Shown here: in pieces, positions 9,047-19,276 of the stretch
Numbering within the stretch: position 1 is the first letter of the stretch
Layout: each line of letters opens with the position of its first letter
Source: Nitrospirota bacterium
Lineage (GTDB): Bacteria > Nitrospirota > Thermodesulfovibrionia > Thermodesulfovibrionales > Dissulfurispiraceae
Reading direction: 5' to 3'
Length of the DNA stretch: 64,000 nt
Assembly (NCBI GenBank): GCA_963710375.1
Contig: CAVPZX010000002.1
Span: forward strand, 1 to 64,000
Program-made: the position numbers and the translations under genes
Notes under the pieces: model-generated
What the model saw: only the letters and a program-made list of their open reading frames with translations
Told to the model about the DNA's origin: nothing
Databases searched by the model: none

Positions 9047-10605
9047 TCAGGTATTTGATTGAAAACGGTACAGTGGTTGACGGAAGCGGTTCAAGGCCGC
9101 GCGAAATGAATATCGGTATCCATGACGACAGGATCGTCTATGCGGGCGACGGAAGAATTGACGCTGAAAGAACCATTGATGCACGGGGATTAATTGTCGC
9201 TCCCGGGTTTATAGATACTCATGCCCATTCGGAGTTCACGGTACTTGCTGACGGAAGAGCTGAAGGAAAACTTTCGCAAGGCGTTACAACAGAGATAAAC
9301 GGCAACTGCGGCCTATCCGCAGCCCCCCTGTATGGTGAGGCGCTTATACGCAGAGAGGCTGATATGGACGAGTTGGGGATAACGGCACGGTGGTCAACAT
9401 TCGGGGAATATTTCGCTCTTTTAAGAAAAAAGGGTATAGGACTCAATTATGCAACGCTGTGCGGCCACGGCAATATCAGGGCCTCGGTTATCGGCTATAA
9501 GGATTCGGCGGCTGAAGACGATCACATGGCGGCGATGAAAAGGCTTTTATCTGATGCTGTGCAAACAGGAGCAAAAGGTCTATCGACAGGGCTTATTTAC
9601 CCTCCCGGCATTTATTCCGACACTTCAGAACTAACGTCGCTGGCAGGTGGTTTGCCGTTCCCTGGTGTTTATGCCTCGCACATGAGGAGCGAGGGGGATG
9701 CTCTTATCGAGTCTATTCGCGAAATACTCGAAATAGGCCTGGGAGCTGGGGTGCCTGTCCATATATCTCATCTGAAAACCGCAGGTGCACAGAACTGGTG
9801 GAAGATAGATGATGCCCTCAGGCTGATTGAGACATCAAGAACAGCCGGTATTAACATAACATGCGACAGGTACCCTTATGTAGCAGCCGCCACAGATCTA
9901 GACACCATACTGCCTTCATGGGTATACGAAGGCGGCATTGAAAGTGAACTGGAACGGCTCAAAGACCCTGAAACAGCTGCACGCATTAAGTCTGACCTAA
10001 GCCGGAAAGACATTGATTACTGGAAAGGTGTTTATATCTCCTCAGTCGCCAACCCCGAAAACAGATGGATGGAAGGAAAAAATATCTTCGATGTTTCTTT
10101 AAAAACCGGCCAAAAGACCGTTGATGCGCTTCTGGACCTGCTCATTCGTGAGCGGGCAAGGACCGGGGCAATCTTTTTTTCAATGAGCGAAGATAACCTC
10201 AGGCGCTTTCTGTCCCTTCCATACCTCATGATAGGCTCTGACAGCTCCGTCCGGTCTTTTTCAGGCCCTACGTGTTACGGCAAGCCTCACCCAAGGGGGT
10301 TCGGCAGCTTCCCGAGATTTATCGGCAGATATGTGCGGGACGAAGGTCTCGTAACACTGGAGGAGGCAGTAAGAAGGATGGCCGCCCTGCCTGCAGCAAC
10401 ATTCGGTCTTACGGGCAGGGGCGTCATTAGTGAAGGGGCTTATGCGGATATTGTGATTTTCGATTATGAGCGTATTATTGATACGGCAACATTCAGGGAG
10501 CCTTTCAGCAAGCCTGAGGGCATTGACTATGTCTTTGTAAACGGCAGCATGGCTGTCAACGGAGGAGATTTTACGGGAACGCTTTTAGGCAGGGTCCTTT
10601 CTTGA
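9043..10605 (+). CDS. N-acyl-D-amino-acid deacylase (D-aminoacylase)
   Basis: PGFIDTHAH, GNCG, GLIYPPG, HISH, HPRGFGSFPR. Confidence 0.93.
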   Translation: MIRYLIENGTVVDGSGSRPREMNIGIHDDRIVYAGDGRIDAERTIDARGLIVAPGFIDTHAHSEFTVLADGRAEGKLSQGVTTEINGNCGLSAAPLYGEALIRREADMDELGITARWSTFGEYFALLRKKGIGLNYATLCGHGNIRASVIGYKDSAAEDDHMAAMKRLLSDAVQTGAKGLSTGLIYPPGIYSDTSELTSLAGGLPFPGVYASHMRSEGDALIESIREILEIGLGAGVPVHISHLKTAGAQNWWKIDDALRLIETSRTAGINITCDRYPYVAAATDLDTILPSWVYEGGIESELERLKDPETAARIKSDLSRKDIDYWKGVYISSVANPENRWMEGKNIFDVSLKTGQKTVDALLDLLIRERARTGAIFFSMSEDNLRRFLSLPYLMIGSDSSVRSFSGPTCYGKPHPRGFGSFPRFIGRYVRDEGLVTLEEAVRRMAALPAATFGLTGRGVISEGAYADIVIFDYERIIDTATFREPFSKPEGIDYVFVNGSMAVNGGDFTGTLLGRVLS

Positions 10606-11309
10606 AACCTCTGATAGGCATAACTGCTGACAGTCATGACCGCCTTTTCAGGTTGAAACGGGACTATGTTTCTGCCGTGGCACGTGCAGGCGGCTCGCCG
10701 TTAGTGCTTGTACCTGTTTTCGATGACATCCCCCATATTGCCGAACTTGTGGACGGCCTCATGATCCCGGGTGGAGGCGACATCCCATCTGAATATTATA
10801 ATGAGACGGCAATGGTCCCCGCTGCTTGCCTGGATTTTACGGAAAAGGACAGAACAGATTTCGAGCTTTCCCTGCTGCGCGAAGTGAATAAGAAACAGAA
10901 ACCTGTTCTGGGGATATGCTATGGAATGCAGCTCATCAATGTCATGTTCGGAGGAAGCCTTTATCAGGATATAATGCATCAGACAGGAGGCGGTCGAGGC
11001 CATAAGGATGAACAGCACGTTATAAGGATTACCGCACCCTTCCCCCCCGGTTTGCAGCAACTGTCCCTGACAATCAATTCAAACCATCACCAGGCGGTCA
11101 AAACATTGGGCAGCGGACTGGAGGTATTTGCTGAAGCAGAGGACGGTATCATTGAAGGCATTTACAGCCCGCACCATCCTTTCCTGGCCGGCGTCCAGTG
11201 GCATCCTGAAAAAGGGTGCGATATACTTTCATTAAGAATACTGGCATTATTTATAGAAAGGGCAATAACGAACAGAGAACAAATCGCCTCGTTTTGTGTA
11301 GATATATAA
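10602..11309 (+). CDS. Peptidase C26 / gamma-glutamyl-GABA hydrolase family
   Basis: PGGGD, GICYGMQ, HHQAV, VQWHPE. Confidence 0.92.
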   Translation: MKPLIGITADSHDRLFRLKRDYVSAVARAGGSPLVLVPVFDDIPHIAELVDGLMIPGGGDIPSEYYNETAMVPAACLDFTEKDRTDFELSLLREVNKKQKPVLGICYGMQLINVMFGGSLYQDIMHQTGGGRGHKDEQHVIRITAPFPPGLQQLSLTINSNHHQAVKTLGSGLEVFAEAEDGIIEGIYSPHHPFLAGVQWHPEKGCDILSLRILALFIERAITNREQIASFCVDI

Positions 11310-11315
11310 GGTGTC

Positions 11316-12371
11316 ATGAAAGCAAACAGGTTTTACTTCATTGTCATGCTCGCCATCACAGCAGGTCTGGGATACCTGACTTTCCAGATACTGAGGCCGT
11401 TTATTGCGTCGATAATGTGGGGCATTGTCCTGTCTATAGTTTTCTATCCCGTATACAACTACCTTGGAAGATACCTTAGATGGAAATCATTGAACTCCTT
11501 TATCGTCCTTGTCATTATCATTGCAATTATTATCGGCCCTTTTTCGTATTTTTCATACCTCTTGATAGGCGAATTACAGGATATTTCACACCATATGAGC
11601 ACCGGGAAAATGGAATTGCTGCATGATGTCATGAGTTATCCCGCAGTGCAATATTCGCTGGACTGGATAAGCACTATCTTCAATCTTCCATTTAGTGAAG
11701 CAGATATAGAAAAGACCCTTAGCGATAATGCCCTACTGATGGGGAAGGATTTAATTGGCAGGATCCCCAGCGGCCTGGGCAGCGTAGTCACTGTCTTAAT
11801 AAACTTTATCTTTATGGCATTGGCCATATTTTTCATGCTCAAGGATGGAGCTGCCTTTCTCCGGAAGAGCCGTGATTATATGCCGTTTTCAGAGCAGCAG
11901 AAAGAAAGACTCGCCTCACAGATCAGGGACATTGTCATTTCAACAATTTACGGCGGCGTGCTTGTTGCGGTCCTGGAGGGAATAATAGGAGGCATAGCCT
12001 ATTCCGCACTTGGACTAAGGTCGCCGGTCTTATGGGGGGCGGCTACTGCTATTTCATCGTTCATCCCGATGGTGGGCTCATTTGCTGTATGGGGAGGCAT
12101 AGCGTTATATTTGTTTGTCCAGGTGTCTGTCATGAAGGGAGTCATACTTGTGCTGATAGGCATATTCGGCATCAGCCTTATTGACTATGCCCTCAGGCCG
12201 GTGCTGATAGGCAGCAGGACCAGAATGCCTGTAATAATTATTTTCTTCAGTGTGCTCGGCGGCATCAAGTTTTTTGGCCTGTTAGGGCTCATTATGGGAC
12301 CTCTTGTGGTGGCCCTCTTTGTGTCTGTCATGGATATTTTCAGAAATATTGAAACAGACAGAACTGCCTGA
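11316..12371 (+). CDS. AI-2E family transporter
   Basis: Multi-TM; FFMLKDG, LRPVLIG, GGIKFFGLLGLIMGP. Confidence 0.9.
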   Translation: MKANRFYFIVMLAITAGLGYLTFQILRPFIASIMWGIVLSIVFYPVYNYLGRYLRWKSLNSFIVLVIIIAIIIGPFSYFSYLLIGELQDISHHMSTGKMELLHDVMSYPAVQYSLDWISTIFNLPFSEADIEKTLSDNALLMGKDLIGRIPSGLGSVVTVLINFIFMALAIFFMLKDGAAFLRKSRDYMPFSEQQKERLASQIRDIVISTIYGGVLVAVLEGIIGGIAYSALGLRSPVLWGAATAISSFIPMVGSFAVWGGIALYLFVQVSVMKGVILVLIGIFGISLIDYALRPVLIGSRTRMPVIIIFFSVLGGIKFFGLLGLIMGPLVVALFVSVMDIFRNIETDRTA

Positions 12372-12508
12372 CTTGTTAAACCCTCTTCCTCGCTTGCATT
12401 CGAACTATTACCGATGTCTTCGATCCCGACAGTAATACAGCTATAAAACTGGCTGTCTCCGCTTCTCCAGTGTGTTATACTATAGAGAGACTGAGAAGGG
12501 AATATTTT

Positions 12509-13213
12509 ATGAATATTGTCAGCTCAAGGCTGCTCAGAATAGTATTTTTAACCTCCGTCGTAAGCATTATATCTGGTTGTGCAACACCTCAATATAACTA
12601 TATGCCTCAAAAAATCGAAATCAGTGAGCCCCCCTTAGGGAGCATTAATACCACATATATTGGTGACAGCATGCTTAGACAAGGGAATTTTACCGAGCAT
12701 GACGCCATATATCTGGAGTCGGACCAGAAAATAGGTTCGGCTTATATCTTGGAAGAAGGCTATTATCTCAAACAGGGAGGAGATGAGAATTCGGATTTTT
12801 ACAAGCCGGGCCGCGACCCGGACAGTGGTTTTGTTGATCAAGCGGGTACAGCTGATCCATGGCAAAGCATACAGGCATATAAAGACAGAAAAAAACTTTG
12901 TGTAGTAACAGTGTTTAACTTGCAAGTTTGCAACCCAGACGCGTTATTTAAGAGAGAGAAAAAGCTCATGGTACGAGCTGACTCATTTCAGCAAACCTTG
13001 ATTTACAACGGTAAGGTTGGGAATAAAATAAATGTTGCATATCGTGAATTTTCCGGTAATTTAGCCCTTCCTGCATTTAATAACACAGTTGAATACGATC
13101 TGAGCGGGTCAAATATTATCGGATATAAGGGAGCAAGGATCGAGGTTATAGAAGCCACAAACGAGTATATAAAGTACAAAGTCCTTTCAACTTTCAATAA
13201 GGCGAATTTCTAA
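12509..13213 (+). CDS. Conserved hypothetical lipoprotein
   Basis: Signal peptide with lipobox ISGC; C-terminal SFQQTLIYNGK...YREF...VEYDL...GYKGA. Confidence 0.75.
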   Translation: MNIVSSRLLRIVFLTSVVSIISGCATPQYNYMPQKIEISEPPLGSINTTYIGDSMLRQGNFTEHDAIYLESDQKIGSAYILEEGYYLKQGGDENSDFYKPGRDPDSGFVDQAGTADPWQSIQAYKDRKKLCVVTVFNLQVCNPDALFKREKKLMVRADSFQQTLIYNGKVGNKINVAYREFSGNLALPAFNNTVEYDLSGSNIIGYKGARIEVIEATNEYIKYKVLSTFNKANF

Positions 13214-13220
13214 ACTTCAG

Positions 13221-16200
13221 TGTAAATTTAATCATAAACTGATGAGAATTGTAAGCATAAACTGGCCAGAATACCCCAAATACAGATGTTTTAACGCCGA
13301 CTTTTTACACCCTTGTAAGCATAATTTGGCCAAAAGCCTATGAGTGTAAATTTATAGAAGATAAAACAGGAGCTATCTGGCAAAGTTAGGTCCTGTGTTA
13401 CTTCCCACTTGCACATTGCAAAGTCTTTGCCCGTAAGAATATTTTCTACTCCTTCCTGTTATCCGCAAGTTAAGATTGCTGCAACTGTATGAACGTTTCA
13501 CCTGGAATCAACGTTCCACACCTCTCGGCGATATTGTTAGTTTTTAAAAATAACTGTGAAAGCCAGGCTGCGTAAGACATCCCTGAAACAAATAATGGAG
13601 AGGTAAAAGTAGCGTAGCTAAACTCTGGTCAAAACAACTCTATGTTGGCGCAACGATGATTGATGGACTCTCTCTTTCCGTGTTATGCTTTTGCTAAAAT
13701 GAATAAGTCTTTTTCATTTAGTGATTTATCCCTAAAAAGCAAAATCACCGGCATGGTGCTGTTTCTTTTTTTGTGCAGCATCTGGGCGCTGACGTTCTTT
13801 ATTTCAAATCGATTGGAACATGAAATGGCCGCGCAGTTGGAAACACAGCAGTTCTCAATAGCATCATACATTGCCGATAGTATTGAGAGCCAGGTCAAAT
13901 TTCGTATTAATTCGCTGACGCACATTGCTAACATGATCACCCCTGAACTTGTAGCCAACCCCGACAAACTAAGGAAGTTCCTCCGTGACAAGCCTTTGTT
14001 GGCAACTCTCTTTCAAACCGGGGTTGAGGTTATTTCCAGGGAAGGCATAGGAATTGCCGATTACCCTATATTACAGGGGCGGGCAGGTTCATCACGTTCA
14101 GAACTCGAATATTTTAAAGAGGTGGTCACTACCGGAAAACCGGTGGTGGGAAAGCCCTGGATAGGTCTATTTTCAAAAAAAACTGTCATTTCTTTTGCCG
14201 TCCCTGTTCTGAGCCCATCAGGCAAGCTTATCGCTGTGTTGGCAGGTTATACATTGGTATCCGACCCGGCGCTTTTGGGTTCAATCGAAAACGCTGAATA
14301 TAAAGACTTCCTTGACAGACTCCTTTTGGTATCTCCCAAGTATCGCATTTACATCACCGGTAGTGATCCGACGCGGATAATGAAGCCAACACCAAAAATT
14401 GGCGTTAACCCTTTGTTCGATCGGTTTATGTCTGGGTTTGAAGGCTCAGGAATCTCCGTTAATTCAAGGCATATACGAATGCTTATGTCCGCTAAGCACA
14501 TACCAACTCCAGGCTGGTTTATCCGGGTAGGGTTGCCGGCAGAGATCGCATTCTTGCCGATTCGTTCAATGAGGAATTGGGCATATTCCATAGCGTTAGG
14601 GCTATCACTACTAAGCTCTTTGCTTGTATGGCTAGTTATCAGGCAAGCACTACTACCACTCTCTACCGCAAGCAAACTAATAAAAGATATTACCGAGGAA
14701 CGGTTACCGCTACAGGATATACCTGTTACTCAATATGATGAGGTTGGTCAGCTGCTCAGCAGCTTCAACATGCATCTTAATTTCCGCAAACTGGCGGAAG
14801 ATGCTCTCCATAAATCAGCGATGGAAATTGAAGACCTCTACAATAATGCCCCATGCGGTTATCACTCTTTGGACAAAGACGGCGTCTTCCAGCGAATCAA
14901 CGACACCGAACTTGCGTGGCTGGGCTATACAAGGGACGAAGTGCTCCGGCGAATGAAGTGGTCGGATGTAATCACGGCCGCTAGCTTGAGGAGCTACCGG
15001 GAAAATTTCCTGCAATTCAAGGAACGGGGATATATCCGCGACCTTGAATACGAAATGGTTCGTAAGGATGGCAAGGTGTTTGTCGGACTTCTAAACGCTG
15101 TTGCCCTCTATGATCCCGACGGTAATTATGTTGCAAGCCTGGGAACTTTAGTAGACATCACGGAGCGCAAGAGGGTTGAAGAGGCATTACGAGAAAGCGA
15201 AACTAAGTTCAAGACAATGGTGGAAACATTACCACTGGCCGTATACTTGAATGTTGGGATAGAACAGAAAGGCGAATACTTAAACCCCACGTTTATCAAA
15301 TTGTTTGGTTATACCATGGAGGATGTTCCGAGTATTTCGGAATGGTTGCCGCTGGCCTATCCTGATGAAATCTACCGGAGACAACTCTCGGAGGAATGGA
15401 CAAAAAGGGTTAAGCGTTCGATAGAGACCCAATCGCCCATCGAGCCGATGGAATCCGTAGTTACCTGCAAGGACGGATCGAAGAAAAATATCTTGTGGGG
15501 TTTCATTACCATGGGAGACAAGAACTACGCCTACGGCATTGACCTGACTGAGATCAAGGAGGCAGAGAAGATGATGGCTCACCTAGCTGCCATTGTGCAG
15601 AGTGCCGAAGATGCGATTATCAGCGAAGACCTGAGTGGTATCATCGAGACATGGAACGTGGGGGCCGAGGAGATTTTCGGCTATACGGCTCAAGAGATTG
15701 TTGGCAAGCATATCTCGGTCCTGCTCCCGCCTGGCCACACGGATGAGATCCCTGACATTCTTGGGAGAATTTCGACGGGTGCGAACATTGAGAACTTCGA
15801 GACAGTGCGTATGCGAAAGGATGGCACTTTGATACAGGTTTCTCTCACATTCTCGGCTATTAAAGATGAAAACGGCAGAATTGTGGGTGCATCAAAGATA
15901 GCGCACGACATCAGCGAAAGAAAACGGATAGAGACCGAGCGGAACAAGCTAGTAGTTGATCTGCAGGAAGCACTCGCCAAAGTAAAGCAGTTATCGGGAT
16001 TATTGCCGATATGCGCTTCTTGCAAGAAAATTCGTGATGATAAAGGTTATTGGAAGCAAATAGAAACGTACATTACCGAACATTCCGAGGCCCTGTTCAG
16101 CCATGCAATCTGTCCTGAATGCGGGAAAAAACTGTATCCTGAATATTACGATAATGTATGGGGGAAAGAAGATAAATGACATGCTAAAAAGCTCTGTTGT

Positions 16201-16675
16201 GTTATTTGCGGCAGGTAACAATTTTTAAGAATCGACCACGCTTTTACGATCACCATCAAAATACTGATTGTTCAGAAATTTTTCTTGTTGCGGGACAGTT
16301 CCAACTCGAGAGTTTTTGGGAGAAGACTGCAGTCGAGGGATGAGCGCTTCCGCATGTACTCCTCAATAGAGTTGCGTGAATCCTAAACTACTTGTTTTAA
16401 GTAGTTATCCTTGTCAACTTCGACTCCCTGATACTCTCAATTAGTCGGTGAATCAAACTTACGGAAGGGGCCGCATGTCACTGTTCATTACTTGGTGAAA
16501 CCGAAGTTCTACTGTCTTATCTATTAGGGATGGCTAAAACCCAACCGTTAATAGTTATACCATAAATCCAAAGTAGGTGGTGCAAGCTGGAGATTCACAA
16601 AATGTAAGCATAAATTGGCCAAGGTAAAATGTTACCATAAACTGGCCAAATGGCCATTTTATGCTCGGAATGACA
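13221..16675. mobile_element. Non-autonomous Tn7-like (TnsB-family) mini-transposon
   Basis: TGT..ACA termini, TTCAG direct repeat at 13216-13220 and 16676-16680, repeated AAGCATAAAYTGGCCA-like sites at both ends, no transposase. Confidence 0.85.
13660..16179 (+). CDS. Membrane sensor: Cache + HAMP + 3 PAS + C-terminal Cys/His domain; no kinase domain
   Basis: Two TMs, DEVGQL, PAS/PAC motifs (DITERKR, WNVGAEEIFGY), C-terminal LPICASCKKIRDDKGYW...SHAICPEC. Confidence 0.85.
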   Translation: MMDSLFPCYAFAKMNKSFSFSDLSLKSKITGMVLFLFLCSIWALTFFISNRLEHEMAAQLETQQFSIASYIADSIESQVKFRINSLTHIANMITPELVANPDKLRKFLRDKPLLATLFQTGVEVISREGIGIADYPILQGRAGSSRSELEYFKEVVTTGKPVVGKPWIGLFSKKTVISFAVPVLSPSGKLIAVLAGYTLVSDPALLGSIENAEYKDFLDRLLLVSPKYRIYITGSDPTRIMKPTPKIGVNPLFDRFMSGFEGSGISVNSRHIRMLMSAKHIPTPGWFIRVGLPAEIAFLPIRSMRNWAYSIALGLSLLSSLLVWLVIRQALLPLSTASKLIKDITEERLPLQDIPVTQYDEVGQLLSSFNMHLNFRKLAEDALHKSAMEIEDLYNNAPCGYHSLDKDGVFQRINDTELAWLGYTRDEVLRRMKWSDVITAASLRSYRENFLQFKERGYIRDLEYEMVRKDGKVFVGLLNAVALYDPDGNYVASLGTLVDITERKRVEEALRESETKFKTMVETLPLAVYLNVGIEQKGEYLNPTFIKLFGYTMEDVPSISEWLPLAYPDEIYRRQLSEEWTKRVKRSIETQSPIEPMESVVTCKDGSKKNILWGFITMGDKNYAYGIDLTEIKEAEKMMAHLAAIVQSAEDAIISEDLSGIIETWNVGAEEIFGYTAQEIVGKHISVLLPPGHTDEIPDILGRISTGANIENFETVRMRKDGTLIQVSLTFSAIKDENGRIVGASKIAHDISERKRIETERNKLVVDLQEALAKVKQLSGLLPICASCKKIRDDKGYWKQIETYITEHSEALFSHAICPECGKKLYPEYYDNVWGKEDK

Positions 16676-16689
16676 TTCAGATTCGCTGT

Positions 16690-17529
16690 TTATGATGGTT
16701 TTTTATCCAGGAGCCGCATGAGTCCGATAAAGTCATCATCCCCCCAACCGGCGGACATTCCCTGGTCATAGATTTTTTTTAGATGCCCGGTTTGTTCGAG
16801 TGACACTGACAGCTCGACAGCGGTCTCCAATGTCAGACGAAGGTCTTTATCCATATTCTTGAGTGAAAACTGCGGCGTGTAATCGCGCTGACGCAGCTTG
16901 GGTTCTTTAAGATCCGAAACGCCGGAACGTGCAGCATTTCGAGCCAGCGCATTGAAATAGACTTCATCCGGGATCCCCTCTGCCCTGCACAAAGCCAGGC
17001 TCTCGCACAAAGTTTGGGCCACGCCGGCAATGTTCAAATTCATTGCAAGCTTCAGCGAAGAGGCTGAACCCAGCGGCCCGATATGGATAATGGCACTGGA
17101 TATAGGTTCGAGGATTGGGCGGGCCTTTTCGACGACTTCCGGTATCCCACCAAGATAATAAACGGTTTGGCGCTGCTGAGCCGCAAGTTTGCTTCCTGTA
17201 AAGGGAGCTTCCAGGAACAATGCACCGGTCCGCTCCACCTGTTCGGCAAAGAGTCGCGTCCATTTGGCGGAAATTGTGCTGGATTGGATCACCAATACCC
17301 CGCGGCCGAGCTTGAGTTGAATTTTGTCCAGAACAGACTGCACTGCAGGAGGGTCAGTGACGACGATGAAGATCACCTCCGCTCCTTCTACCGCCTCCTC
17401 AATAGTTGCGTAAAAATTGGGGAAATCTTTTGGCGTCCGGTTCCAGCATCGCACGGCATGGCCATCGGAGATCAGATTTTTCGCCCAGGCGCTACCTATA
17501 ATGCCCAACCCCAAGAATGAAATTTTCAT
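16690..17529 (-). CDS. NAD(P)-dependent oxidoreductase, 3-hydroxyisobutyrate dehydrogenase family
   Basis: FLGLGIIG, WNRT, EAPFTGS, KLAMN, KDL. Confidence 0.9.
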   Translation of the reverse strand: MKISFLGLGIIGSAWAKNLISDGHAVRCWNRTPKDFPNFYATIEEAVEGAEVIFIVVTDPPAVQSVLDKIQLKLGRGVLVIQSSTISAKWTRLFAEQVERTGALFLEAPFTGSKLAAQQRQTVYYLGGIPEVVEKARPILEPISSAIIHIGPLGSASSLKLAMNLNIAGVAQTLCESLALCRAEGIPDEVYFNALARNAARSGVSDLKEPKLRQRDYTPQFSLKNMDKDLRLTLETAVELSVSLEQTGHLKKIYDQGMSAGWGDDDFIGLMRLLDKKPS

Positions 17530-17671
17530 TTTTTATCGTCCTTTCTTAAACGGATTCGAATTTGTTGCGTGAAGTGAGTTTGACATGGAAGTATATAGTT
17601 TCTGTTCATCTCCGCAAATTATATCATACCTTTGCACCATGATTAACAGATAATTTATTGTCCTTGCCCCT

Positions 17672-19186
17672 TTATTTGAGTTCTATCGCTTTCACCTTCT
17701 TCAGTGCTATCCAGTCCTTCATATGACTCAGGTTGTCGCTGAGATCCCACCAGCCATTCTTAAAGGTAGAATAATCGGGAGCTCCGGTCATTGCTGAGGA
17801 ATATCTTACAGAATTACTGTAAAAAAGCCATTGCTTCACCCACATCTTTTCTATTGTTTCATCAAAGGGGTTTGTCTTGTCCTCTATCCCGGAAGCCCAG
17901 GCGTCAAGCACAAGCTTTGTAGCCGCGAGGGTCATTTCGTTCGTCTCTGTTATCGTGCTTGCGAGTTTCTCAAAGTGGCCGTTTATCCAATCGATGTTGT
18001 GGCAACTGTTACAGACACATTTCATGGTATTCATTCTTTTTTCCTGTTCGGATATGTCGATAAGATACTTAGATGCCGGCTCACCTGTGAAGGCGGTCGG
18101 CAGCGGCAGACCGTCCTTGTTCCGGATGATCGTTGTATCTCCAGACTTGGGCTGGGGATGGCTGTAAACAAGGCCAAACAACCTGACCCAGAGTCTGGCG
18201 CCGAAGTCATGCGTTCTTTCTGCGATCACCTTGCCATCGATAGAGACGATGAGGCTGTTGTGGCATACCGCACAGGCTGGTGCTTTAAAGTCTTTTCCGA
18301 CTGTCCAGGGCACGGCATTAAACTCCCACTCATGTTCCTTGGAGAACAAGATATCCCCATGTTTGCTCTCCGCATAGACATCCCAGGCAGGTGTGTCCGG
18401 CTCCAGATGGCATTGGGCGCAGGTATGAGGCTTTCGGGCGACCTCTATAGAAAAGCTGTGCCTCGGATGACATGCCGAGCATGAACCTCTGCTGCCATCA
18501 GGGTTCTCCCTTCCCACCCCCTGATTCGGCCAGTTGGTAAGGTCAGGGAACATCAGCTCCCCCATCTTGGTGTTCACCTTTTTCATTCCTCTTGACTCGA
18601 CCCTTGTTCCGTGGCATCCGAGGCATGTCTCGTGGAGTGTCTTGTCCGAGGGTTTCTCTGATACCATTTTTCCGTTCGCTATCTTCTCAAGACCGTCCAC
18701 AGTGTCAACTAATTCATGATAGACGGGGTTCTCCATAAGGTTCTTTATGGCATAGGCCTTTTTGCTGCCCGAGAATTGATTTACCTCAACAGGGTGGCAG
18801 GTCTTACAGTCATTCGGAGAAACAACCACATTTATTTTAAATCCCATATGATCAAAATTATCTTTGTGCTTTTCAGGGTTCTGGCCGTGGCATTCATAGC
18901 ATCCGACAGCGTATTTTGAAAATTCCTTAGGCAACCTGTCCGTCGAGATCCTCCGCTCAAGAACACCCTTTTTCATGGCATCTTCGGGTTTTGTTCTTGA
19001 GTGCCTGCTCGAAAGCCAATCCTCGACAATCCCGGGCGTGAACATTTTATGGCAAGCTATGCAGGCCTGTGTCTGTGGGCTCAAAGGAGCCCCGGGCTCA
19101 TTCTGTTTTTTTTCTGATGCGATGCCGAAAGTTGCAAAGAAAACAACGGCCAAGAAAGTTACGCTGAACCTGATTATAGGTGCCAT
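17672..19186 (-). CDS. Octaheme cytochrome c, hydroxylamine oxidoreductase-like (epsilon-Hao type)
   Basis: Eight CxxCH motifs, signal peptide, WPNQGVGR-NPDGS-GSC, YAESKHG. Confidence 0.85.
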   Translation of the reverse strand: MAPIIRFSVTFLAVVFFATFGIASEKKQNEPGAPLSPQTQACIACHKMFTPGIVEDWLSSRHSRTKPEDAMKKGVLERRISTDRLPKEFSKYAVGCYECHGQNPEKHKDNFDHMGFKINVVVSPNDCKTCHPVEVNQFSGSKKAYAIKNLMENPVYHELVDTVDGLEKIANGKMVSEKPSDKTLHETCLGCHGTRVESRGMKKVNTKMGELMFPDLTNWPNQGVGRENPDGSRGSCSACHPRHSFSIEVARKPHTCAQCHLEPDTPAWDVYAESKHGDILFSKEHEWEFNAVPWTVGKDFKAPACAVCHNSLIVSIDGKVIAERTHDFGARLWVRLFGLVYSHPQPKSGDTTIIRNKDGLPLPTAFTGEPASKYLIDISEQEKRMNTMKCVCNSCHNIDWINGHFEKLASTITETNEMTLAATKLVLDAWASGIEDKTNPFDETIEKMWVKQWLFYSNSVRYSSAMTGAPDYSTFKNGWWDLSDNLSHMKDWIALKKVKAIELK

Positions 19187-19276
19187 ATCCACTCCATAAA
19201 GTAATTTTCTCATATCATCCATTTTTGTCAAGCTGCATTTGTTTCGGCATCAGCACTTACCATGTTATTATGATTA

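Noticed and set aside
16350..16502. Possible mini-CRISPR or homing guide inside the mini-transposon (minus-strand repeats ending ATTGAG)
   Set aside because: Units are unequal and degenerate, the would-be spacer is itself homologous to 1880-1915, and I found no convincing match to the insertion flanks
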